A stretch of DNA of 64,000 nt from Phoronis australis (taxonomy: Eukaryota; Animalia; Phoronida). The position numbers and the translations under genes are program-made. Location: NCBI GenBank assembly GCA_002633005.1, contig NMRA01000016.1:923874-987873 (forward strand), in the 5' to 3' direction. Positions 13,926 to 27,304 of this stretch are shown here, one piece after another; the stretch's first letter is position 1; each line of letters starts with the position of its first letter. The notes under the pieces are model-generated. The model did not search any database and was not told the DNA's origin. It worked only from the letters and a program-made list of their open reading frames with translations.

Positions 13926-15010
13926 GTAGTAGTAGCATTTCTTTATTATAGTGATAAGTATAATTAAACCAAACAGTTATTGGTATAACATTCGTAAGAA
14001 AGTTAAGTACCCAGCCCAGTTGGACTTATTAGTCACTTTAACCACACAACTCAGATGTAGGCCTATCATAAATGCGTCGGTTTCTAAGTTCAAAAGCAGA
14101 CTTGATATATTTGGCAAATTGCCTAGGGATATACTGAAATAGCAGTTTTAACGTACAGGTATCTAATCTACTGAAATCTGCAAAGTTCGGGATTTGAAGT
14201 GAAACATTATTAAACAGAATAGACCTCCGTGAGTTATAAAGTAACAATCAAACACAAAGTGTAGCTCATCCTCCACAGAACCAGAATCACAACACAAGCA
14301 AAGTCTTTCACTTACAGGAGTGTTTACATAACGACCAGTTTCCAAGTGCAATGGGAGATTTCCTACTCTTAGCTGAGCCAGAAGAGATCGCTCGGAACGA
14401 GATAAATTAAACTCGTTAAAAACTCGTGCTTAAATAAAATGCAGGTTCTTAACTTGGGTTTCGTTACCACAGATTCAGCCCAAGCATGTTTCGCGTATTC
14501 AAATACTTTGTTTCTAGCGTCTACTGTGTAACAAGCAGTCAAATTTTGAAAACAGGATTGCATGCCAGATATGTTAAACAAATTTTTGATTCCGTCTATC
14601 CAACCCTTTTGTACCAACTGAAGGTCCCATAGAAATACCTTCTTCAGTAACCTATCACCACCTGTGGTTACTAGTTTGTTCCAAAGATGCAGCATATTCA
14701 ATTGAAACCTATTTCCGGTGGAGTCCCATCCCATATCGCCACTAACAGCACGAGTGGTTGTAAATCGGTTGACCCTAAATAAAAACGCATAGCTCTGTTT
14801 TCAATATTTTCATCATTACCAAAATTGTTGTAACCCCAAACAGATGACCCGTAATCCAAAATTGGTTTCACACACGAATTAATTAATGTTTTAAACGTTT
14901 CGAATCCTAGATTCTTGTTCTCATGGAGTGTTGAGCATACTTTCCCTAACACTCTACCAGAAGCTTCAGATAACGTATTCAAATTTTCTTTGAAGTCGTG
15001 GTGTTGTATT
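13926..15010 (-). mobile_element. 5'-truncated non-LTR retrotransposon (RTEX/Proto2-like ORF2 C-terminus), degenerate
   Basis: Frameshifted minus-strand ORFs: ..SCVKPILDYGSSVWG.., ..LLKKVFLWD.., LHLETGRYVNTPVSERLCLCCDSGSVEDELHFVFDC (C-terminal CCHC motif); minus-strand AATAAA and short (CTA)n tail near 13926-13947. Confidence 0.85.
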
Positions 15011-17034
15011 GCCCTTACAGTAGTCTTTGTATGGATCGAGAATGTCGTGACAAACAAAGTTTTTTAGCAATATGACACATTTCGCTAGCAAACAGCTTCC
15101 AATCTTATTTCTTTCTATGAACCTCTAAGTACTTCCAGAGTAGCTCTGGGTAAAATTCCAGTTAGAATGCCTTGAAGAAGTAGCACCATGGAGTCGATCG
15201 ACAATCTCCTACAGGTGCTCTCCCGGTTGAGGTATTTTCCCCTTACGTCCAGGAATCGTTACGTTCGTAGGAGCGCTGGTGACTGCACAACATTTCTCAG
15301 ACACTGGTTGACGTGTGTCTTCGACATGTGTTGCATTTGGGTATCTGCAACAACGGACGCTTTAGCGGTACTCTTCATGAATGCTGGTAAAGTAGTCGAG
15401 GCTTGCGTAGTGGCAAACGAAAACTGTTTTGCAAAGCTTAGTTTGGTCAACCCCAATCGTCAAAACAGAAAACCCAGTGATCGTAGAAAGCAACAGTAAA
15501 TTCTCCATCTACATCAGCATCGAAGGGTACGATACGAATTTCCTTTTCATGGCCAAGAGATGGGAGTGTTACTTTTTGGATATATTTTTTCTATATGTCT
15601 GCTCGACATACATGTACCCTATATCTATGCCCGGGATAGCTGGGGCAGGTTCAGTCCCAACAAATGGAATCGATCCTTACATGGAATTAGTTGTTCCTTA
15701 CAACTAAGGCTGAAATGAACAGCGGTTTTGTTTTTCTTCCTCTGGGCTAAGGATAGAAAGTGGGCACGTTATTCGAGGAAAGAGTTTGCGCGGTCTCTGG
15801 AAAGCAAAATGCAGCTTCAATAACACCGTACTTGAAGGAAGTTTTACTACGAAACTGTTCTTGTTTGATTTTGTAAGTAAATGGTGCGACCTTTTTCGGA
15901 TTCGTCATCGATAGAGCATCTCTGCCCACGCAACGGTAGAGTGTGTTCACACACTACGCGTGCGGAGATTTTCTAACTCAGGTGGTTCTAAGGGTAGGAG
16001 CCAAGAGTGCCCCACTCTCTTATCACGACCAAGAAAAATCACGCTTGTATTTGTTTCACGGAAGTTGTAGTCGCCCTCTTCGCCTTATTCTTAATCCACC
16101 AGTGGCTGGTCTTTCATAAGATACCTATTACATACATGTATGCGCTGTACGTGTCTACTGTCGTTGTGTAATATAAGGGTCGTTCTCACAAAGACTGAGC
16201 CGAGTGCCCGTGCTGAAGCATTACCTCTCACACTACCAGTCCATAAGTATGAGATCTTTGCTCTGAATCTTTTGGTGAGGTCATTGGCATTGAAATCTGG
16301 AATTACCTTCCCAAAGACAAAAAAATATTTGGTTCCCAGAAAGGTCTGTGTTTCTTAAGTTAGTTTCAGCTAATCAAAGATATAACCCTTCTCACGTGTT
16401 GCCGGAAATTCAAACATATATTTTCAACTTGACGAGTCAGCTTAATTTCCCATACGAGTGCGCAAAATGGTTCCCACAATCCCAGATCAGACCATTCAGT
16501 AGTGTACCTGCAGGTTAAACAGTTTTGTCAGCATTAGGTAAAGTCCTACAATTTGTGACCAATTTGATGGAGTTATTTCACAATGTTCGTGCATATATTT
16601 GTGTTCTGCCAAAAATAGGAATGAATTGTCCATTTTGTTTCATAACACTTACATTTTAGTCTACAGTGTATATTATGCCTACAGACCTCGTAGACGCGTG
16701 TGGCCTTATCACTTATGAATTGTACTATCATCGATTTTAATATAACGCATTGGAATAAGTCGTCGACCTGCACTGGATTTCCTTTGTAATCTATTAATAT
16801 TATTTTTAGCTTGCTATCCATGCGTTCTTTTTCGTACATTTTATGAAATTATATCATCAATATAATCAGGAACAGAAATACGTGTATGCTAAACGGATAC
16901 ATGCTTTTCGAATGAATAACTGTTGAGTAATTCCAGTCAAAGTGTGTGCATGTCATATACCTTTCGACAATATAACAGGCAAATGATATTCTTGTATGAG
17001 AGTCAGTAAATTTTAATGTTTGCTTCATTTTCAG

Positions 17035-17157
17035 TAATGAAGAGAGATTACGGTAGCACTTGTAATGGGACACATCAGTGCAAAGGAAGCAACGCAGCGT
17101 GCAAGGACGAAGTTTGTTCTTGTAAAGAGGACTATTTTTTCAACTATTTCTCGTGTA
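17035..17157 (+). CDS. Gene A exon 12 (6-Cys repeat)
   Basis: ttttcag / GTAAGT, 123 nt; MKRDYGSTCNGTHQCKGSNAACKDEVCSCKEDYFFNYFSC. Confidence 0.85.
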
Positions 17158-17386
17158 GTAAGTAAATACAGTAAAATTGATCTTTCAGTTTACATGCTAC
17201 CGGTACTACCTATGTCCCGTGATATGCGTACAATGTTCATTGCTCATCTTGCGATAGTGAAACAAATTTTACATTACACTGTACCTGGAACATTTCGGTT
17301 GTTTAGATGGAAATCAAATTGAATAATTTGTCTGACTGGGTGTTGTTTGAAAAGGTAACATTTCACAAGCAAACATGTTCACCTAG

Positions 17387-17521
17387 AAAAGCGCGTTCCC
17401 TTGGGATCACAGTGTGATGGGAGGTACGAAAGTGAATGTCATGACAACAACGCAACGTGCACATCAAGAAAGAAGTGCGAATGTATGGAGACGTTCTACA
17501 AGACGGACAAATTTGGATGCC
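17387..17521 (+). CDS. Gene A exon 13 (6-Cys repeat)
   Basis: cacctag / GTAAGT, 135 nt; KRVPLGSQCDGRYESECHDNNATCTSRKKCECMETFYKTDKFGC. Confidence 0.85.
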
Positions 17522-18895
17522 GTAAGTCCTGGTCAAGCATTTGCATGTGTGGTGTTTGCTTAGAGTCTGGATTGTTATTGCGCGAGTTTTTAAGTAAAAG
17601 TAATGAGCACATTTATACCAGAGTGTCGGTTGTGAGGACACTCTGTTAGCTCCCAGTCTTGTTAAGTACACGTACACGAGTATGATGTTCCGTATACAAC
17701 CATTTACACTCACGTGGTAACTTTTGGCTGGGAAGCGGTCTACAATGACAAAAGTCCTGTTTATAAACTCTACCAAACACAGTGATCAAAAGTTTATCCC
17801 TGTAAACAGGTCGTCAAACACTAGCAAACTAGTTTGTCGAATATTAAAAACTAGTTTGGGGGACTGGTAAACGTTTGGTGGGTAAGAATTTCAAAAGGAA
17901 AGGCAAAAACTAAACACTTACCACAGACCCAAACACTGCTGGGCATTATGTCTCACACTGGCGGATGTAAGTATTGGCAAGGGAGAGTCCACCATGATTT
18001 TCGGAAGACGACCATTCGAGTCGGCTCTATGTCGGCCCCGTAACCACTTTTGGTCGGGAGTACATGTAGTTGCATCCAGTGATGTCCCGTAAATCAGGTT
18101 GGGAATACTATAAAGGAAATGCAAAAAGATGAATTAAATACAGACCAGTATATAAACAGAATGCTCATTAGCCTACATGTTTATCTAAGGCGTTTTTTGT
18201 GGCTTCACTTTCGCCAGCAGTTTGGTGAACGTCACGCCTTATCCATTCTCAGAATTGTTGAATCCTTGCTTAATTCTTCAACGTTTTGAAGGAAAGGAAT
18301 ATTATTTTCCATGTCTAATGTTATTTTTATCCATGCATTCTCTACACCGGTACAAACCAGGCTTCATTTCATTTCGGCAACAACGGCGCCTTCTCGCAAT
18401 CCAGGTAGTAAGCGTATGAGCACAGGCGCTTCTTTATTTTATATTTTGAGTGTTATCACGTTCATTGACAAGTATGATTTGCCCTCATGTCTGTGGTTAT
18501 CACTGAATTTTCAAAATAACGTCGACCTCAAGCAAACGACGTAAGGCCACATTTTGGCGAAGTTTGTTTACAATAGTTAGATCGTAACTGTTTGTGTAGA
18601 GTGGTTGACCAAACTCGTTAAAACGTCAATATAAGTCCGAACTTCGACTTTTGGAAGTGTTTGCAAAGTTTGCTGGTATAGACGGGCTCTGTTCGTTGCG
18701 CAAGAATTTTGTAAGTAAAGCTAGGGAGATCACGCTTCGCTTGTTATGCATTTTGATGTCTCGCAAAATCTCGCGTGATCTTGCGTTTTCGCGATGTTTC
18801 TGCGTCTGTGGGACTTAAACCGGACCTGAGAAGATATGGCCGTTGTGGTGCTAACAAAAATGCATGGTTACTGAAATGTGGGAGTGTCATTTCAG

Positions 18896-19030
18896 TAAAA
18901 CGAGCGGGTATCGGCGAAGAGTGTCTAAGCTCCGACGGTTGCAGCATACCAAACGCTGCCTGCGTCAAGGAAGTGTGTGAATGCGAGCCCGGTTTCAAAG
19001 AAGTGACTATAGACGACGTGGAAACATGTG
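18896..19030 (+). CDS. Gene A exon 14 (6-Cys repeat)
   Basis: tttcag / GTAGGT, 135 nt; KRAGIGEECLSSDGCSIPNAACVKEVCECEPGFKEVTIDDVETC. Confidence 0.85.
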
Positions 19031-20796
19031 GTAGGTTTGTATCTTAGTTACGTCAAATGAGTTTCCATTCCCGTGAGGTTTCAACTGAAAGATTATACTC
19101 CGCAATTGATAACATCTTATATTCCACTGACATTTGACAAGCAAAGGTCGGCAATAGCTTAGTCGGTAAACCAACTCCTAGAAATGATTGGAAGTCCGCA
19201 CAGTGAAAGTGCACATGTACAGTCAGAGTAATACTACACGCACCTTTAATCAGCTCTAGACGATATACTGAGAAAGGTATACAACTGCTATCCAATATGG
19301 CCGCCCGCCAGGCACTTCCGGAATAACTCAAAACGTGTCAAATCTAGTAGCAATTGAAGTCACATTTTATCTGCGACTGCAACACGTTCACTAGTTACAT
19401 TTGTTGACATCAAAACCAATAAATACTATAAATGCCTCCAGATTTTCCTAATTCAAAGGGCAATATTCACGGCAAAGCGTAGTGACCGAGATGTTCCATT
19501 GGCGACAACTAATGTTCACGGCTTGAAAGGTCGCTCACAACATCAACGCAACGCTTACATCAACCAAAACAGCAACACAAGAGGCAGAGTAAACTGGTGG
19601 AGCAGCTCACACTACAATGTTATTGTTCACTCTCTATTCCACTACAGTAAGCAACTACAATAATTGATCCACAAATAGAAGGAAATCGGAAGGTCCTTTG
19701 AAATGTTGATCTATTTTTCTTTTACTGGATTATCGGTTGTTGTTTTTAGTTGATGTAAGAGTTGCGACTGCGTTCGGTTTCTATAATCGGGTGATTCGAG
19801 TTTGCTCCCTTAGGACGGAACATGTGCCATATAGGCCTACGGGAAAAATAGCTCAGCCAAAAATGACACGTAACACCGTTGGGCATGTCACTGGGGTTAC
19901 TTCTCCTTCGGGAGGCATAGGATTTGGCTTTTTAACATTAAGAAAAGACGGGTTCGTTTGAAAAGTGAATTTGTTGTTGCATAGAATGAAATTTTGTTTA
20001 ACTATGGACTGCCTACGTGTCAATTTCAAACCACCCAGTCGTTTTTATGCGCTACAGTGGACGCCTATGTAATAAAATGTCTGCGGGGACAACTGTAAAC
20101 AAGACACATTGCGACTCCAAATTGGTCCTGTTTCAGAACTTGAAACACATCTTACAGTTTTGAAAATCAAATCAATGAAGAAAATGACTGGTCTGGTGGG
20201 CGTTAGCCTAAGCTGTAGATACACATTTGAACGTTGTAAAGCACCGCTGCCCGGGTGTTTTATACATGTAACCTCCGGGGGTCTAAGTTCCTTGAAAAAT
20301 AAACAACCGGACGCTTAACATAGCCGAACCGGTACACTATTTTATGTAGGACTGCAGCTGTTCTCTTTTGAGTGGTACACATGCGTGATTTTCGCTGGAG
20401 TGTACGTTACATCATTGCAAGTGATTGGCAGATACATGTATGATCCGGCGCATCTTGGTGCCGGAATATTGCAAAACAAGTCGAAAATAATGGTCAAAGA
20501 AGTGTGTCCAAGATGAATTCTGCATTTATTTTATCCTATGTTCACGCGACATGTTCACAAATCATCGAGGGTACTGTTCTCTGTTAGTGTTCTTTTGAAC
20601 TTGATTTGGCAATGAACAAATAACGGCCGGATTCACTAGAGTTCCATTGTTTGCCAGGCAGCTCAGCTTGCCTACAGGGTGTACGTTGTAAATTCCATCT
20701 AGGTCGCATGTCGCATGTTGATACGAGCTGGTCAAAATTCTAAGCTCGCATTTCCAAATTTCTTATCGAGCGCTGTTATTTCCTTTCATTTTATAG

Positions 20797-20931
20797 TTCA
20801 GGACCTCAAAGGTGACAGCGACCCTTGTCAGCGTAACCTATGTGAAAACGGGGCCACGTGTGTCGCCTCCGGGTCCAAAGATTATCATTGCAAGTGCATA
20901 GACGGATTTACAGGCCCACTATGTGAAACAG
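20797..20931 (+). CDS. Gene A exon 15: canonical EGF-like domain
   Basis: ttttatag / GTGAGT, 135 nt phase 1-1; DPCQRNLCENGATCVASGSKDYHCKCIDGFTGPLCET matches the CxNGxxC...YxCxCxxGFxGxxCE EGF signature. Confidence 0.9.
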
Positions 20932-21014
20932 GTGAGTGAAAAAGTTCGATTCATGATTCTCTCTCACCGTGATAAAACTGTTGAAAACTGAATATCATCT
21001 GTGGCACCTATCAG

Positions 21015-21163
21015 TAGTGGCGGATTTAGAGGGTGGCCAAGGTGGCCATGGCCCCCCTGAAACTCTCCCAGATTCCATTTGGCAGTTCAAGGGTGCGAAT
21101 TTGTGACGGGCAAAATCTAGGCTAATACTGGCCCCCCTAACTAAAAAACCTGGATCCACCCGT
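21015..21163. mobile_element. Short hAT-like MITE, copy 1
   Basis: TAGTGGCGGAT...GGATCCACCCGTG termini; core ccatttggcagttc...gacgggcaaaatc.ggctaat shared with 34013-34139 and 46632-46790. Confidence 0.65.
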
Positions 21164-21611
21164 GCCTATGGATCTTAAACTGCCCCTCCGTCTAAGGGAG
21201 ATTGGCGTTATATTGCAAGCTTGTTTAGAGTGCATACATACAGTGTTTTTACTATTTCCAGTGGAGTCCCGCTGAATTGAAATTGATGTGTTTTAGATGT
21301 CCTGCTTATTATTTATCATTCTATAAATTTTATCATGTATATTGTTAATAAAATTTTGCCCCTTTCAGGAAGTTTGTGATTAGAGATTATTAAGAGAGGT
21401 TGAAAGGACATTGCGGTGAAAACTGGTTCAATCGCTCACGGAATTCATTTGGCTTATTGGACAGAAAATAATTTTACAAAAACAAATCATCGGTAGTGAC
21501 CAACAAATAAACATTCCGATATAAGATATTTGCTTATTCGGTGAGAATCTGATTTGTCATGCCGAAAGTGCCTTTCGTTGAGAGCGCACTTACTCACATT
21601 GGGGATATTAA

Positions 21612-22287
21612 AGGCGACGGCAACCTTTTTTCATGTCACTTTTAGCAAAAATAAGGTTCGTTGATTATCCCAGACACATTTTCCACTTAATTACAGCTTT
21701 TCGTAATTTGATTAATTTCTCTTCCTCTACTCCGAAAGTGACGTTTTGGGAGGCAAGAGTTTCGCGCCAATTTCTTTTCATTTGTAGTCTGACTGTGAGA
21801 GCTGTCGAGTCAGTCATTGTTCTACCTCGATTGTGATAAGTTCGGTCGTCGTTTGATTTTGTTTACAAGTCAGTCAACATGCCACGCTGTTGCTGCGTGC
21901 CGGGATTTACTTGTTATCGTCTCACACGCGCTTTGGGTACCTTGCGTCGCTTTCCGAAGGATGACATACGCTGAATTGATGAAGGTCCCTGCGAAACAAC
22001 GCCTGAAGAAGGGTACCATACCGTCGCTGTTGATTCCCGGCAGTGCCCCGTCGCCAACCCCGAGAAGTGCGTTTTTGGAAGCGAGATCCCTTGCGAGCTG
22101 TGGCCACTAAATACAGTGACTGGAGGCACTTCATCTACTGTCACCCGTGCCTCCAAACGTACCCCATTGCGTGCAATTCCGGGAACTAGCAGTGATTCGC
22201 CCTGTGCTGTTGTCTCTAGCCCAGAGCCTGTAAGCAGCCCTGCAGCGATGTTGAGTAGTGGGAGTGAATACAGGCCCAGTTCGACAC
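21612..22287 (+). mobile_element. Kolobok-like DNA transposon 5' end with degenerate THAP domain (runs into gap)
   Basis: TTAA|AGGCGAC terminus; ATG at 21879 gives MPRCCCVPGFTC...LRRFPKDDIR*, then RLKKGTIPSL (AVPT-box-like) in another frame, then S/P-rich SSGSEYRPS. Confidence 0.65.
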
Positions 22288-22753
22288 NNNNNNNNNNNNN
22301 NNNNNNNNNNNNNNNNNNNNNNNNNNNNNNNNNNNNNNNNNNNNNNNNNNNNNNNNNNNNNNNNNNNNNNNNNNNNNNNNNNNNNNNNNNNNNNNNNNNN
22401 NNNNNNNNNNNNNNNNNNNNNNNNNNNNNNNNNNNNNNNNNNNNNNNNNNNNNNNNNNNNNNNNNNNNNNNNNNNNNNNNNNNNNNNNNNNNNNNNNNNN
22501 NNNNNNNNNNNNNNNNNNNNNNNNNNNNNNNNNNNNNNNNNNNNNNNNNNNNNNNNNNNNNNNNNNNNNNNNNNNNNNNNNNNNNNNNNNNNNNNNNNNN
22601 NNNNNNNNNNNNNNNNNNNNNNNNNNNNNNNNNNNNNNNNNNNNNNNNNNNNNNNNNNNNNNNNNNNNNNNNNNNNNNNNNNNNNNNNNNNNNNNNNNNN
22701 NNNNNNNNNNNNNNNNNNNNNNNNNNNNNNNNNNNNNNNNNNNNNNNNNNNNN
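22288..22753. other. Assembly gap (466 N)
   Basis: Run of n. Confidence 1.
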
Positions 22754-23024
22754 TTCTGCTTTTCGTTTTGAAGGGAGATGTTTTTAATGTAATGAACGTT
22801 TTTCGTCGTGCCTGGACCTAATGTCTTGAAGTAAAGTTACCTAGACGTGGACCATGAGACACCTTGACGAAGTCAAAGGAAAAATTACTTACATGTAGAT
22901 CCCCATGTTGCTAGTAAGGAAATACTGTAGTGAGCCCTGGATTTCCCGAGAGATTTCCTGTAAAGGACGTCATTGGTTCTCAACAGGCCATTGCTATACA
23001 CGCACGTAATATATATATTTTCAG

Positions 23025-23183
23025 TGTCATTTTTTTCGGAGGAAAATATTGCCTACATTTCCCTTGGATCCTTGTCTGGTGCGCTATTGGTGGTAACATT
23101 GGCGTTGATTGTCTGTCTGTGTCGCCGGAGGAATGGGAACACAAAATTGGAGAAGAACGAAAGTTATGACAACACACTATATG
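23025..23183 (+). CDS. Gene A exon 16: transmembrane helix and juxtamembrane region
   Basis: ttttcag / GTTTGT; SFFSEENIAYISLGSLSGALLVVTLALIVCLCRRRNGNTKLEKNESYDNTLY: hydrophobic helix, then Cys-Leu-Cys and an RRR stop-transfer. Confidence 0.85.
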
Positions 23184-23884
23184 GTTTGTACATAAGACGG
23201 CTGGTATAACACATTTAACATGCATGCACATTTCATGTATTTGCACTTTCCTCATAATGCAAACTTTCGAAAGAAATTCAGGAAGAAATGAGCACGTCAC
23301 AAGTAACATCGGTTAACATTTTTCTTATTGTTTTGTACATTGACGAAATGACAAATAACTGCAATAGTTTCGTTCGAAACATCTCGTCGTTTCTTGAAAA
23401 CCTGGACCTTGCAAGTTTGGAATATATTACTTGGTGAGGTAGCTTTAGGATATTTTTATCACTTTGCCTTAAAGTGCTTAAAATCACCAATTTCATACCG
23501 AAAGCAGCAAAAAGCAAACCCCACCAGTCGATCAACTGTCAAACTAGAACACTCGCAAATACTATCTTACGATATGTAAATTAGCTGATCTCGAGTTACG
23601 GGCATCTAATATTCTGTTGATACACAATACCTAAAATGGGGACAACCAGTCACAGCACTAGTCACTCTCCATTGTGTATAGTATATATTGTCCATTGTTT
23701 TCACATGGCTTATGGTGTAGTAAGTTAATATCAAAATATTTCATCGCGCTGTGTCTCTTTTCACTTTACCGCGCCGGGACATCGGAGAAGCGCGAGCGTA
23801 TCCCAGGTATGTACAAGAAACTTGCGTGTTGGTGGACAGGACACACTGGCAATCAAAGATCTAAAAAAAACTTTCAAATGAAGT

Positions 23885-26113
23885 CGCCTTATTCACCAAA
23901 AACTGACCGTTTTTTAAATATTTCACTATTTTCTGAAAGTTTGATGATCGAACTTGCTAACGACGTCGAGTCGACATTGGCCTTCATGTACCTTTTGAAC
24001 TTTCCATATCAGAGGTACATGTACATAACTGTTGAACTAGTGCGAGAGGTGAATACGGAAAACATTATAAACGTGGCCGTATTGCTCTCGACTGATTCAA
24101 CGCGTATGGGAAAAAGCAAAATATCTTATCTTCGTTCTCGGGAAATGTATACCGTGTAGCGATGAAAAAATTAAGTACAATCACCTTCAACAGCGTGTAA
24201 ATTTGTCTACTACTTATCCGAGGTCAAAGGTTAAAGGGCTGTCACTCAAATCGAATCTCCTAGCGCCATGCACTGACCAGTTCCGTATGTACCCTCACTC
24301 CTTTCATTCAACGAGTTGCCAGAGTATTGAGTCAACGAGGTGTACATAGAATAGAAAGGTGCCGTGGAAAACGAAAATAAAACGCAGGTCTTATGCTGAG
24401 GGAGTTGTGCTGCTGCATGCATACGACCGTTAAGAACGAATATAGGAAGTTCGAGACGCAGAACCGCCTCAGTGGCTATTCAGTGCAAGTTGTTAAATAC
24501 ATGTACATGAAGTAAATCCTCCGTCTCCGAAATTTATTAATTTGATCGGTAATTTGACATTTTGTTGTTTCGATCTCGGGCTGAAAGGGGCTTTTACCAC
24601 CTACTCGATTTCTGTTGTTCGTTTTGAACTCGGTTTCTCGATATCATTCTTACCGGCGCGTAGTGTGAATACAATTAACTGTTAGCTGGCTTACTTACTG
24701 TTGGTTGACCTAGTTAATACGAGGCATATCAAACCCCACGTACACAATTGAATCGTTTTGGTGATAATTAAGTTGATTACGCAATGAAAAGTCCGTTGAC
24801 ATTGCGAGTGAATGTTGAAATAGTGAGCGTGGTTAAAGATACATTCTCATTAAAACCGTGAATATTCAGATTTGTAGCAAGCGCCACCTAGTGACTTCCT
24901 GTAGAACTGTGTAACAAGTATCAGGTGAGAAACAGGTTGTAAATAAATTGCGGTTTTAAGTAAACGCCACAACTGGTACAGTTAAAAACAACTGTGAACA
25001 CATGAAAACCCTAGTAATTCGAAGTATTACGCAATCGCTATTTGACGGAAATAAAATAACAATGAAAATTGTGTCCTGTTTCATTAGGGTAACAACAATG
25101 GCGGGGGTTTCCCAGGGATTACCGTGTCGTCCTAATATAAGAAATGTGGACGAGAGGTGTGTTCAGATACCTAGAATTTGCACAACCAGAGACGCAAAAT
25201 GGCACGACGTTGAATATTTCCAAAGTGATGGCAAAATAAAATTACAGAACGAATGCTTTGCTTCTGGTCACCGTTAGGAGTGTCGGCCAAGTAGCTAGAC
25301 CAAAGTTGTCGGTGCTTGTCATCGAGTGTTCCGATCCTCCATGATGAAATATTACCATATTTATTTACATAAAAATAGTCTTGCAAGATGAGACTTTCGC
25401 GAGATTGTAGTGGTAACCGGTTCTCGGATTGTTTCCGGCACACTGGAGGACTCGGGGTTGTTTTCAAATTAGAACTTCATTTGCATATTCACAATCATTT
25501 TTAATGAGACTTTGCATCTTCATGCATGTATACTTTACACTGCCCGAGAACAAGTTTTCTCCGAAAAACAAGGCGATAACCCTCAGACTTTTGGAGACTT
25601 GTGACGTTTTTTGCTTTTTCTCTCCTTCGGCAAATCGACTTAATTTGAATTTAGGAATACGAGTTCTTGAAAAGGGCACGCTGAAACTTTCCAAACTTAA
25701 TATATGTTCATCAATCTCAAAAATCCTGTTAGAATTTTCGATGTATAGGTTTAGTTTTTACGTAATGTATGAAAGACGAACACGGCTTACAAAAATACAT
25801 TACGTTTTGTTAGTTAATGTGTCATACAAACAAACTAAAAGACTAATCGAAAATTCCAAACAGCGTTTTCTCTAGGTAACTGCTGAAGTTTTAATTCAAA
25901 GAAGGTTTCATTAAAATTGACCTAGTTGTCATTTTGCTATGAATGTACCTTTCTTATGTGTTAACGTTAAAATAATTATGGCACATAAATATAAAACATA
26001 ATTTTATAATCCCTGATTTTTTCTTTAAGAAAATATATACTTTTACTGGTTGACAAAGCCTGTTTTTATATACGAGTTAGAATAGATGCTATTAAATAAG
26101 GTTTGAGATAACC
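23885..26113. mobile_element. Non-autonomous TTAA/TIR element family K1, copy 1 (left end degenerate; nested insertion 24837-25519)
   Basis: Colinear with 31835-33211; right end AAATAAGGTTTGAGATAACC|TTAA. Confidence 0.75.
24837..25519. mobile_element. Nested TIR element (Kolobok-like MITE) inside K1 copy 1
   Basis: TTAA|AGATACATTCTCATTAAAACCGTGAATATTCAGAT is an imperfect inverted match to ATTTGCATATTCACAATCATTTTTAATGAGACTTTGCATCT; segment absent from K1 copies 2 and 3. Confidence 0.65.
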
Positions 26114-26782
26114 TTAAGCAGCTTAAAAGTGTTTGAGAATTTGAAATAACCTAACTTACTTGGGAAACAAGGCGATATTAGTTTTGTCGTACAACTACAT
26201 GTATGTGATCTTGGAAATAAACAATCGCAAGTGATGTCGAAGTATTCTAATATACTTGTCTTCTGTGCCCACCTGAAGCAAAAATTTTGAAGTACTTGGC
26301 GTCTGAGACTCGTTACACTGAACATGTGCGTGATGCCGGGGCAATGTCCTCTCTTCAACATGATAGCGGCATTAAAATGTGAAAGGTTAAACCTATTTGA
26401 GTGAATTTCAACATACATGTATATGAAGTGTTCAATTCGCCTCTTTTATAGAATGTGGTTGAGTATATCCATAAAGGTTCGAGTTGCGCTGTTGGTTGAA
26501 CTGTTTTTCTATTGTATTGCTGAATAGGTTGTGTTGTGCTCTTTCACATGAGAAAATCGTTTTAAAATTCTGCGTTCACGGGCAAAAAGCCTTAGTTTGG
26601 TTGACAATGCGTATACGATTGTGTCTGATTTCAGAGTCGAAAGACTTGAGTGACCACGAAATTGGACTTGTGTTAGATTGGAGAGCAAAATTAGATGTTC
26701 TTTTTAATAACGCACACAGTTGCATGCCAGATTTTCCAAGTTAATGACGTCGGAATTTGTATGAATAGTTCACACTCTTCAG

Positions 26783-26982
26783 CAAGTCATGTTGTCAATG
26801 GTTCTGATTTCGTACATGTAGATAATAGTCGACAACAAGCGCCATCTGCTGCAAGACGCCAATGGGAGGCCAGGAGGAAACACGCGGAGCAGTTTGAGGC
26901 CGACTACCCACCAGATAGAAGCGAAGATGACTATATAAGGATGCAGGAAATAGCACAGGCGGTCGACGAAACGCCAGATATT
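26783..26982 (+). CDS. Gene A exon 17: cytoplasmic tail
   Basis: Donor GTAAGA after ...ETPDI (phase 0); acceptor ambiguous (in-frame phase-1 starts at 26741, 26783 or 26822); ...DNSRQQAPSAARRQWEARRKHAEQFEADYPPDRSEDDYIRMQEIAQAVDETPDI. Confidence 0.65.
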
Positions 26983-27304
26983 GTAAGATTTTCTCGATGT
27001 TACTGACATTATGTTATTTATGAACATACTTTAACCAAGGCAATTTGAATTTGGAGTTGATACATGTAATACCAAGTCCATTAAGTTGTCATTGAGAAAG
27101 GCTGAATTATTTTGAGCCCAGTATTTAACGTAAAACAAGTTGTTTGAACATTGTCCTATTGCCAGGCACTTAAATGTGAAAAATCTTGATAAGGACGCTT
27201 TTTGCTCATCTCCAAACATAAATACATCCCTGTTATAATTCCGAGGTTAGAACCCTGCACGCCATTGTTTGACCGGGCAAACAAATGACATTTTGTTTTT
27301 GTAG

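Noticed and set aside
20057-20200. Possible linker exon (FENQINEENDWS) before the EGF exon
   Set aside because: No phase-1 acceptor puts this frame in register, and there is an upstream in-frame stop.
22116-22821. Long ORFs of 223 and 187 aa in the ORF track
   Set aside because: Artefacts of translating through the N gap.
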